DNA of 32,000 nt from Vulcaniibacterium thermophilum (GTDB taxonomy: Bacteria; Pseudomonadota; Gammaproteobacteria; Xanthomonadales; Xanthomonadaceae), in assembly GCF_007923255.1 (NCBI RefSeq), contig NZ_VOHJ01000007.1, positions 30,462-62,461 of the forward strand, written 5' to 3'. The notes under the pieces were generated by a model that saw nothing but the letters and a program-made list of their open reading frames with translations, did not search any database and was not told the origin of the DNA. Shown piece after piece: positions 18,179 to 25,466 of this stretch. How positions within the stretch are numbered: position 1 is the first letter of the stretch; each line of letters opens with the position of its first letter. The translations under genes and the position numbers were made by a program.

Positions 18179-19483
18179 ATGACGCAACTGGCGCGGATCG
18201 GCGGCAGCACGCCGCAGTTCCACCGGTGGGACGATCTTCTGCGCGACGCCGCGGGCGATGCCGGCGCGCTGCTGGCCGCGTTGCAGCAGGCGCCGGCCGC
18301 GGACCGCGCGGGGCTGGCGGCACGCACGCTCGATGCCCTTAGCGATGCGCAGTTGTCCGCGCTCGCGGCGCAACCGCGCGGCGCCGAGACCCTGCGCGCC
18401 CTGCGCGACGCGGCGGCGGACGCGCCCGCCGGCGCGCCGGGCGCGGATGCGCGCGTGGCACGTGCGGACGGCGCGCTGCGGCAGGCCGACGAGGCCCGGT
18501 TGGCGAAGGAGAAACAGGAGCTGCTGCTCGATCTGGGCCAGATCGCGCTCGACATCGTCGGCATCTTCGAACCTACGCCGTTCGCCGATCTGACCAACGC
18601 CGGCATCTCGATCTGGCGCGGCAACTGGCTCGATGCCGGGCTGTCGGCCGTGGGCGTGATCCCCTACCTCGGCGATGCGGCCAAGCTGGGCAAGCTCGGC
18701 AAGTTCGGCAAGGTGATCGAACGGGCGGTCGAACTGGCGAAACTCGACCCCGGCTTCGCCGACCAGCTTCGGCCCGCGCTGAGGAAGATCAAGGACGCCA
18801 TCGACGCCGCGCCGGTCGATTCCCTGCCCGGCCCGGCGCGCGATGCCGTGCGGTCGATGAAGGGCAAGCTGGACGAGTTCTTCTCCGGCGCGGCCAAGAC
18901 CCCCACGACCGGTCCGCGAATGGCGGATGGCACGCCGCTTCCGGCCAACGTGAAGTTGGATCTGCGTGGAACGAGCGTGATCGATCCCGCTGCCGCTAGC
19001 CGCTTGACGGACGCCTCACGTTTGCCGCAGGTGAGCAATGGTAAGGTCGAGGTGACCCACGGACCCGAAGCAGGGACCACGAAGACCGTGATTCTTTCGA
19101 AGGAGGCGGGGCAGACGGTGACCAAGGACGGTTACACCATCACCAAGGACGCGAACGGCTTCCCGATCTTCAACAGCAGGTTCGACACCTTCGTTCCCGA
19201 TCATCTGCTGGGCACGGGCAAGGAGGCCGATCATTTCCGCTACGCCAACGAGCGTCTAGGCACTCTACTGCGTCAGAACCCCGAGCTCGCCAAAGACATG
19301 GGGCTCGACGCGGCGCAAGTGAAGCATCTGACCAAGCAGCCGCCCTCCTCGGCGCCGCCACCGGGTTTGACGTGGCACCATCACCAGGACGTCGGCCGCA
19401 TGCAGCTGGTCGTGCGTGCCGAGCACCAGGCCCATGTGCCGCACACCGGTGGCATGTCGATCTGGGGCGGTGGCTACAAGTAG
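18179..19483 (+). CDS. Polymorphic-toxin-like protein: unassigned N-terminus + PT-TG-like segment + C-terminal WHH-type HNH/EndoVII nuclease
   Basis: 434 aa from ATG 18179, with GGAG upstream; the track start at 18122 is a GTG extension. The C-terminus reads GFPIFNSRFDTF...DHFRYANERLG...GLTWHHHQDVGRMQLVVRAEHQAHVPHTGGMSIWGG, which matches the WHH-clade pattern. The mid region reads DIVGIFEPTPFADLTNAGISIWRGNWLDAGLSAVGVIPYLGDAAKLGKLGK and is pre-toxin-like. No signal peptide. Followed by immunity-type genes. Confidence 0.8.
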   Translation: MTQLARIGGSTPQFHRWDDLLRDAAGDAGALLAALQQAPAADRAGLAARTLDALSDAQLSALAAQPRGAETLRALRDAAADAPAGAPGADARVARADGALRQADEARLAKEKQELLLDLGQIALDIVGIFEPTPFADLTNAGISIWRGNWLDAGLSAVGVIPYLGDAAKLGKLGKFGKVIERAVELAKLDPGFADQLRPALRKIKDAIDAAPVDSLPGPARDAVRSMKGKLDEFFSGAAKTPTTGPRMADGTPLPANVKLDLRGTSVIDPAAASRLTDASRLPQVSNGKVEVTHGPEAGTTKTVILSKEAGQTVTKDGYTITKDANGFPIFNSRFDTFVPDHLLGTGKEADHFRYANERLGTLLRQNPELAKDMGLDAAQVKHLTKQPPSSAPPPGLTWHHHQDVGRMQLVVRAEHQAHVPHTGGMSIWGGGYK

Positions 19484-19516
19484 ACTCAGGCGCCCGATTC
19501 CTTTCGACCCTGGGCC

Positions 19517-19972
19517 ATGACCATCGACTGGGAAGAGTATCTCGACGTTCCGCCGGCGAGCGATGCCGACATCGCTCGCGTGGAGCACACGTTGGGCGTC
19601 ACGCTGCCGGATGATTTCCGCGATGCCTTGCGCCGGCATCAGGGCCGCCTGCCGACACGGAACGTCCTGCATGCCGACGCAATGAATCCCGTGACGTTCG
19701 GACCGCTGCTGCACGTCAGCAGCACGGCAGATGGCTATGCGGCCGACTACGAGATGACGCGGGTGGCGGCCGTGTGGCGGCGGTTGTATCCGAAGGTCGT
19801 GCCGATCGCCGACAACGGTGGCGGCAGTTGCTTCGCCTACGACTACGCCGCTGGAGAAAGGCAGCCGCCGATCGTTTTTCTCAACCACGAAGCCGAGCCC
19901 ACCGACCCGGCAGGAAAAATCCGCGTGGCGGATTCGTTTGCCGAGCTTCTTGCGAAGCTTCGCGAACAGTGA
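19517..19972 (+). CDS. SMI1/KNR4 (SUKH-1) family protein, putative cognate immunity protein
   Basis: 151 aa. SUKH-1 hallmarks: IARVEHTLGVTLPDDFRDALRRHQG near the N-terminus and VVPIADNGGGSCFAYDY near the C-terminus. Starts 34 nt after the toxin stop. Confidence 0.85.
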   Translation: MTIDWEEYLDVPPASDADIARVEHTLGVTLPDDFRDALRRHQGRLPTRNVLHADAMNPVTFGPLLHVSSTADGYAADYEMTRVAAVWRRLYPKVVPIADNGGGSCFAYDYAAGERQPPIVFLNHEAEPTDPAGKIRVADSFAELLAKLREQ

Positions 19973-19999
19973 CCCACCGGTCCCCGGAAGCGACGGAGC

Positions 20000-20356
20000 A
20001 TGTCCGAGCAGAGGATTTCACCCGAGTTGAAGCCGAGCGATGTGCGGTTGGAGAGAATCGGCGCGATCCTCGGAACGCTCCTGCCTGCAGAGGCGGACTG
20101 GATCACGGCCGAAGCGACCGTCGGCGACGACTGGTCGGAAGTCCGCTTTACCTACGGCGGCGCCGATGGAACGCCGCGGTATTTCTCGATGGCCGAGCAT
20201 CCGGCGACCGCGGCCGGCGATATCGGCGATGTCCTCATCGACATGCGCGAGCGGTTGCGGCAGGACGGCGGTGAGGTGTGGAACGGTTGCCGCTTCACCT
20301 TGCAGCGCGATGGGCGCTTCTCGCTCGACTTCGCCTTCGACCAGGCGACTTCGTAG
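20000..20356 (+). CDS. YezG/DUF600-like immunity-type protein
   Basis: 118 aa with GGAG 4 nt before the ATG. The pattern LPAEADWITAEATVGDDWSEVRFTY ... GGEVWNGCRFTLQRDGRFSLDFAFD mirrors the DUF600/YezG layout as I recall it (P.eW...a.v.dd.sev.F.y ... eW....l.l...G.f..df.y). Needs HMM confirmation. Confidence 0.65.
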   Translation: MSEQRISPELKPSDVRLERIGAILGTLLPAEADWITAEATVGDDWSEVRFTYGGADGTPRYFSMAEHPATAAGDIGDVLIDMRERLRQDGGEVWNGCRFTLQRDGRFSLDFAFDQATS

Positions 20357-20378
20357 CGGGCGCATGCAGGAGGCCCGC

Positions 20379-20810
20379 GTGAAGTCGTCCGATCTCATCC
20401 TCGCCTCGATCGCGGAGCGCCTGGCGACCGATCCGAAGGTCAACGCCGCGCCGTGGGATCAGTACGCACTCGTCGCCTGGTACGGCGACGGCGTGAGCAA
20501 GCTCAACGGGTTCCGCTACCGCGGCGATGCGCCAGGCGAGCCTGCCACTCCGGCCTCGTTCGAGATCGAGGACCTGCTGGACGATCTGCGTGCGGCAACG
20601 CAGGTGGAAGGCAAGGGGCCGTGGCGCGCGTGCGTGGTTCGGCTGGATCGCGCCGATGGGAAGGTGACGGTGGATTTCGAGTACGAGCGGCCCGAGGTGT
20701 GGGAGGTCACGCCGGCGACGGTGCGCCGGGTCGCGGAGCGCGCGAGATCCGCGGACGCCCTCACCCCAACCCCTCGTCCGCAGCACGGGAGAGGGGCCAC
20801 GTTGCCGTAG
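20379..20810 (+). CDS. Second YezG/DUF600-like immunity-type protein (diverged); C-terminus encoded by a REP copy
   Basis: In the frame of track ORF 20040..20810. The preferred start is GTG 20379, 6 nt after AGGAGG; ATG 20364 is the alternative. Layout PWDQYALVAWYGDGVSKLNGFRY ... GPWRACVVRLDRADGKVTVDFEYE parallels the previous ORF. The last roughly 17 codons (ALTPTPRPQHGRGATLP) lie in REP sequence. Confidence 0.55.
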   Translation: MKSSDLILASIAERLATDPKVNAAPWDQYALVAWYGDGVSKLNGFRYRGDAPGEPATPASFEIEDLLDDLRAATQVEGKGPWRACVVRLDRADGKVTVDFEYERPEVWEVTPATVRRVAERARSADALTPTPRPQHGRGATLP

Positions 20811-21012
20811 GTTGGGCTGAGCGCAGCGAAGCCCAACATCGCGCGGCCTCGTACATCAAACATCGCTTCAGGTGCAGACGAGCCATGCGCGCCTGCGGCG
20901 CGCGCCCTCACCCCGACCCCTCTCCGGCCCGCCGCAGCGCGGCGGGCGTTCGTCGGCGCGCGAGCCTGCGGCTTGCAAGCGCGCCTCCCCACCCCGCACG
21001 CGGGAGAGGGGC
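20757..21012. repeat. REP cluster at the island/zipA junction (two repeat families)
   Basis: CCCTCACCCC-type copies at 20757-20797 and 20904-20925, with a GGGAGAGGGG partner at 21002-21011; this is the same family as 15457-15645. An 8-bp-stem hairpin GTTGGGCT-N11-AGCCCAAC lies at 20811-20837. A perfect 9-bp hairpin GCCCGCCGC-AGC-GCGGCGGGC lies at 20927-20947. Confidence 0.75.
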
Positions 21013-21062
21013 TCAAACGCGGTGAGCGCTCGGTCGCGGCTGAAGCCGTTCCTGCAACGGGG

Positions 21063-21788
21063 TTACCAGCGGGTGGGTCTGGTGAGCGGCGGGGCTTCGC
21101 GCTGGCGGTCGTAGGCGCGCATCTCGTCGCGGATGTGGGCGATGCGCTGGCGGCCGAGGGCGTTGCGCTGGTCGTCGAGCACCACGCCGTCGAGCAGCTC
21201 GGCCATGCGCTGGGCGGTCGGCAGCATCGTTTCCCAGGCGTCGAGTGCGGAGATCGGCGCCGGCAGCGTGAGAAAGAACGCCAGCGCGGGCGTCTCCAGC
21301 GCCTGGATGTTGGCCATGTCGAAGCTGCCCGGCTTCATGATGTTGGCGACGCTGAAGATCGGGCCGCGCTCGGGGTGGTTCTCGATCAGGCGGTGGAACA
21401 CGCCCATATGGCCGTACACCAGACCGGCCTTCTCGGCGGCGACCACGATGTCGGGGCCATGCAGCTTGCGGCCGGCGCGCGCGGCGAGGTAGACGGTGAC
21501 GATCTTGTCGAACTCCTCGCTGACGCGGCGGCCGAGTTCGCTGTGCGGCGGCGCCGGGCGCTCGCGCGGCGCGAGGTCGAGTTCGGGCTGGGCGATGGCG
21601 GGTTCGGCGCCGATCTCGCGTTCGAGCTGCTCGGCGAGCGTCGGCTCGTCGGCCGCCTCCGCGCGCGTCTCGCGCGGCATGCGGCGGCCCTGCCCCGGCT
21701 TGCGCGGGCGACCGAAGAAGTAGATCGCGCCGATCAGCAGCAGGCCGGCGACGAGGATGCCCAGCCGCAGCAGCATCATGTCAGACAT
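21063..21788 (-). CDS. zipA: Cell division protein ZipA
   Basis: 241 aa. N-terminal TM anchor LRLGILVAGLLLIGAIYFF, a charged/Pro-rich linker, and a C-terminal FtsZ-binding domain (VTVYLAARAGRKLHGPDIVVAAEKAGLVYGHMGVFHR...FFLTLP). A strong GAGGAGG Shine-Dalgarno lies between the smc stop and this ATG. Confidence 0.9.
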   Translation of the reverse strand: MSDMMLLRLGILVAGLLLIGAIYFFGRPRKPGQGRRMPRETRAEAADEPTLAEQLEREIGAEPAIAQPELDLAPRERPAPPHSELGRRVSEEFDKIVTVYLAARAGRKLHGPDIVVAAEKAGLVYGHMGVFHRLIENHPERGPIFSVANIMKPGSFDMANIQALETPALAFFLTLPAPISALDAWETMLPTAQRMAELLDGVVLDDQRNALGRQRIAHIRDEMRAYDRQREAPPLTRPTRW

Positions 21789-21805
21789 CGGATCCTCCTC
21801 GGCCC

Positions 21806-24800
21806 TCAGGCGGCGCCGGCCAGGCGCGTGGCCTCGGCCAGATCGACCGACACCAGGCGGCTCACGCCGGGCTCGCGCATGGTCACGCCCATGAGCTGGC
21901 GCGCCGCCTCCATGGTGGCCTTGTTGTGGGTCACGAACAGGAACTGTACCTGTTCACTCATCTCGGACACCATCGCGCAGAAGCGGCCGACGTTGGCCTC
22001 GTCGAGCGGCGCGTCGACCTCGTCGAGCAGACAGAACGGCGCCGGATTCAGGCGGAAGATCGCGAACACCAGCGCCACCGCGGTCATCGCCTTCTCGCCG
22101 CCGGACAGCAGCGAGATGTTGGACACCCGCTTGCCCGGCGGGCGCGCCATGATCGCAACGCCGGTGTCGAGCAGGTCCTCGCCGGTCAGCTCCAGATAGG
22201 CGTGGCCGCCGCCGAACAGGCGCGGATACAGCTCCTGGATGCCGGCGTTGACGCGGTCGAAGGTGTCCTTGAAGCGGCCGCGCGTCTCGCGGTCGATCTT
22301 GCGGATCGCATCCTCGAGCGTCTCCAGCGCGGTGGTGAGGTCGGCGTGCTGGGCGTCCAGGTACTCCTTGCGCTGCGCGGCCTCGGCGTGTTCCTGGATC
22401 GCCGCGAGGTTGACCGGCTCGAGCCGGCGCAGGCGCGCATCGAGGTCGGCGACCGCCTTTTCCCAGGTCGCCGCGTCGGCGTCGTCGGACAGGCCGTTGA
22501 GCACGTCATCGAGCACGAAGCCGCCTTCCTGGATCGCCTGCGTCAGGCCTTCGGCCTTCAGCATCAGCGCCTGCAGTTCCAGCCGGCGCTGACCGATCGC
22601 CTCGCGCTGCTGGATCGCCTGCTCGTCGCGCTGCTGGCGGATCTGCTCGAAGCGGCGCAGCTCGTGGTCGATGCCGTCGAGCGCGCTGCGCGCGGACGCG
22701 AGGTGCTGCTCGGCCAGCACGCGCTGCTCCAGCGCGACCTGCCGCTGCTGCTCCAGCTCGCGCACCGGCGCGTCGCCCTCGGCGAGCTGGCGGCCGAGTT
22801 CCTCCAGCCGCAGGTCGAGCTGGCCGCGCTGGCCGCCCATGCGTTCCAGCGCCTGCGACAGCGCGGCGATCTGGGTGCGCTGCGATTCCAGCGTGAGCGC
22901 GAGCGCATGCGCGGCGTCGCGCACCTCGCGCGCGGCGGTGCGGGCATGGTCGCGGGCTTCGCCGAGCGTGCGGCGCTCGGCTTCGAGCCGCTGGCGGGTC
23001 TCTTCCAGCTCGGCCATGCGCGTGACCGCGTCCTCCTGCCGCGCGCGGGCCTCGCGCGCCTGCTCGCGGGCGGTCTCCAGCGTGGCCGCGAGCTGCGCGA
23101 GTTCGGCATCGATCTTCTCGATGCGTCCGCGCGCGGAATCGATGCGGCCCTGCTGGCTCTGGATCTGCCCGGCCAGTTCCGACACCCCGCGGTGCGCCAG
23201 GTACAGGCTGCGCTGGGCGTCCTCGCGCTGCTGCTCGCTGGCGAGCAGGCGGTCGCGCAGTTCGGTCAGGCGCGCTTCGAGCTCGCGCTCGCGCGCCTGC
23301 AGCGATTCGATCTCGGCGCGCAGGGCGTGGATCTCTTTTTCGCGCAGCAGCGCGCCGGAGGTCGGCGCGGTGGCGCGCGACACCCGCAGCCAGCCGCTGC
23401 CGAGGCGCTCGCCGGAGCGGGTGATGACCGACTCGTGCGGCCCGAGCGACGGCAGCAGCGCGCGCGCGGCGGCGAGGTCGTCGGCCACGTGCAGCGGCGC
23501 CAGCAGCGCGCGGATCGCGGCCGGGCCCTGCACTTTCGATGCGAGCGACGTGGCGGAATACGTCGCGGCGTCGCGCTGCGGCGACACCAGCGCCAGACGG
23601 CCATCGGCCAGTTCGGCCAGCGCATCGACCAGCGTCTCCGGCGCATCGACCAGCACCGCCTCGATCAGTTGGCCGAGTGCGGCCTCCACCGCCCCTTCCC
23701 AGCCGGCCTCGACGTCGAGCGCCTCGCCGACGCGGGTGGCGTTATCGAGCCCGCGCGCCTGCAGCCAGGCCAGCGCGGCGCCCTGCTCCTGGCCGAGTGC
23801 GGCATGCTGCAGCGTCTCCAGCGAGGACAGCCGGCCGCGCGCGGCCTGCGCCTGCTTGCGCACGTCGGCCAGCTCCTGCTGGGTCGCGCGCTGCTGCTCC
23901 TGCACCTCGGCGACCGCGCGCTTGCGGGCTTCCAGGTCCTCGGTCAGCACCTCGAGCGCGGCCTTGCGCTCCTCGTGCTGAAGCTGCAGTTCGGCGAACG
24001 CTTCGCTGAGCGCGGTGAGGTCGAGCCCGGCCCGCTCGGCGGTGAGCGCCTCGCGGCGGCGTTCGGCGTCCAGCGCCTGGCGGTCGAGGTGCTCGATGCG
24101 GGTGCGCTCGACGTCGGCCGCACGCGCGGCCTCGGCCTGCGCGCGGCTGTGCGCCTCCCACCGCTGCTGCCAGTCGGCCAGCTTCGCCTCGGCCTCGCGC
24201 AGCGCCTCCTGGCGCGCCTCGTCCTCCTCGCGCAGCTGCTCCAGGCGCGGTTCGTCGCGCTCGACCGCCTCGCGCAGCACCTGCAGCTTGGTCGCGTCGC
24301 TGCCGATGTGCTGGCCGAGTTCGGCCAGCGCCTGTTCGGCCTCCTCGCGCGCGCGCTGCAGGCGCGCGGTCATCTCGCGCTGGTGCTGGATCTGCTGTTC
24401 GATACGCGCCAGCGTGGCGCTGACCTCGTAGCTGGCGGCCTGCGCCTTGCTCAGCGCCTCGGCGGCCTCGTCGCGGCGGGCGCGGCCGGTTTCCAGTTCG
24501 CGCTCGGCCTCGCGCTGCTCGGCGATCAGCTGCTGCAGGCGGGTCTCCTGCTGCGAGAGCTTCTCGCGCTGGGCCTGCAACTTCGCATCGAGCGCGCGGT
24601 ATTCCAGCGCCTTCCACTCCGCATCCTTGACCTTGCGCTCGGCCTGCAGCGCCTGGTACTGCTCGGCCTGGCGCGCCTGGCGGCGCAGGTGTTCGAGCTG
24701 CTTGCCGACTTCCTCGCGCAGGTCGTTGAGGCGGTCGAGGTTCTCGCGGGTGTGGCGGATGCGGGTCTCGGTCTCCTTGCGGCGCTCCTTGTACTTGGAG

Positions 24801-25309
24801 ATGCCGGCCGCTTCTTCGAGGTAGACGCGCAGTTCCTCGGGCTTGGCCTCGATGATCTGGCTGATCATCCCCTGCTCGATGATCGAGTAGCTGCGCGGAC
24901 CGAGGCCGGTGCCGAGGAACAGGTCGGTGATGTCGCGCCGGCGGCAGCGCGTGCCGTTGAGGTAGTAGTTGCTCTGGCCATCGCGGCCGACCGTGCGCTT
25001 GACCGAGATCTCGTTGAACGCGGCGTACTCGCCGGTGATCGTGCGGTCGGAGTTGTCGAAGATCAGCTCGACGGTGGCCTGCGACACCGGCTTGCGGGTG
25101 GTGCTGCCCGCGAAGATCACGTCGGTCAGCGAATCGCCGCGCAGGCGGCTGGCCGAGCTTTCGCCCATCACCCAGCGCACCGCGTCGATGATGTTCGACT
25201 TGCCGCAGCCGTTGGGCCCGACGATGCCGGTCATGTTGGTCGGCAGGTGCAGCGTGGTCGGATCGACGAACGATTTGAACCCGGACAGCTTGATGGTGGA
25301 CAGACGCAT
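21806..25309 (-). CDS. smc: Chromosome partition protein Smc
   Basis: 1167 aa from ATG at 25309; the track start at 25399 adds an Arg-rich extension. Walker A GPNGCGKSN, long coiled coils, a hinge, signature LSGGEKA and Walker B FCLLDEVDAPLD. Confidence 0.95.
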   Translation of the reverse strand: MRLSTIKLSGFKSFVDPTTLHLPTNMTGIVGPNGCGKSNIIDAVRWVMGESSASRLRGDSLTDVIFAGSTTRKPVSQATVELIFDNSDRTITGEYAAFNEISVKRTVGRDGQSNYYLNGTRCRRRDITDLFLGTGLGPRSYSIIEQGMISQIIEAKPEELRVYLEEAAGISKYKERRKETETRIRHTRENLDRLNDLREEVGKQLEHLRRQARQAEQYQALQAERKVKDAEWKALEYRALDAKLQAQREKLSQQETRLQQLIAEQREAERELETGRARRDEAAEALSKAQAASYEVSATLARIEQQIQHQREMTARLQRAREEAEQALAELGQHIGSDATKLQVLREAVERDEPRLEQLREEDEARQEALREAEAKLADWQQRWEAHSRAQAEAARAADVERTRIEHLDRQALDAERRREALTAERAGLDLTALSEAFAELQLQHEERKAALEVLTEDLEARKRAVAEVQEQQRATQQELADVRKQAQAARGRLSSLETLQHAALGQEQGAALAWLQARGLDNATRVGEALDVEAGWEGAVEAALGQLIEAVLVDAPETLVDALAELADGRLALVSPQRDAATYSATSLASKVQGPAAIRALLAPLHVADDLAAARALLPSLGPHESVITRSGERLGSGWLRVSRATAPTSGALLREKEIHALRAEIESLQARERELEARLTELRDRLLASEQQREDAQRSLYLAHRGVSELAGQIQSQQGRIDSARGRIEKIDAELAQLAATLETAREQAREARARQEDAVTRMAELEETRQRLEAERRTLGEARDHARTAAREVRDAAHALALTLESQRTQIAALSQALERMGGQRGQLDLRLEELGRQLAEGDAPVRELEQQRQVALEQRVLAEQHLASARSALDGIDHELRRFEQIRQQRDEQAIQQREAIGQRRLELQALMLKAEGLTQAIQEGGFVLDDVLNGLSDDADAATWEKAVADLDARLRRLEPVNLAAIQEHAEAAQRKEYLDAQHADLTTALETLEDAIRKIDRETRGRFKDTFDRVNAGIQELYPRLFGGGHAYLELTGEDLLDTGVAIMARPPGKRVSNISLLSGGEKAMTAVALVFAIFRLNPAPFCLLDEVDAPLDEANVGRFCAMVSEMSEQVQFLFVTHNKATMEAARQLMGVTMREPGVSRLVSVDLAEATRLAGAA

Positions 25310-25466
25310 GCGGCGGACGGCCCCTCGCCGGCGCGGGTCGCGCCGTCGGTGAGAAACGGGATCAACTTGATCGCCCAACCCCCTGATCGGACTGGGCACG
25401 ACGGCCGCGGCTGCACCGCGGTTTCACGCGAGTATACCGGCGGGCCCGACCCTGCGCGGACGCGGT

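Noticed and set aside
18179-19483. Assigning the toxin to a specific secretion system (T6SS cargo, CDI/T5SS, X-T4SS effector, T7SS LXG)
   Set aside because: I could not recognise PAAR, VgrG, Rhs, MIX, TPS/FHA, XVIPCD or LXG features, and there are no apparatus or adaptor genes in the window. The delivery route is left open.
20040-20363. 5' part of the 256-aa plus-strand ORF 20040..20810
   Set aside because: It overlaps the better-supported 118-aa ORF (20000-20356) in another frame. A good AGGAGG-N6-GTG start exists at 20379, just after that ORF's stop.
20872-22199. Plus-strand ORFs 20872..21114 and 20973..22199
   Set aside because: They start inside REP sequence and run antisense to zipA and smc. 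The translations are repeat-derived or Arg/Ala-rich.
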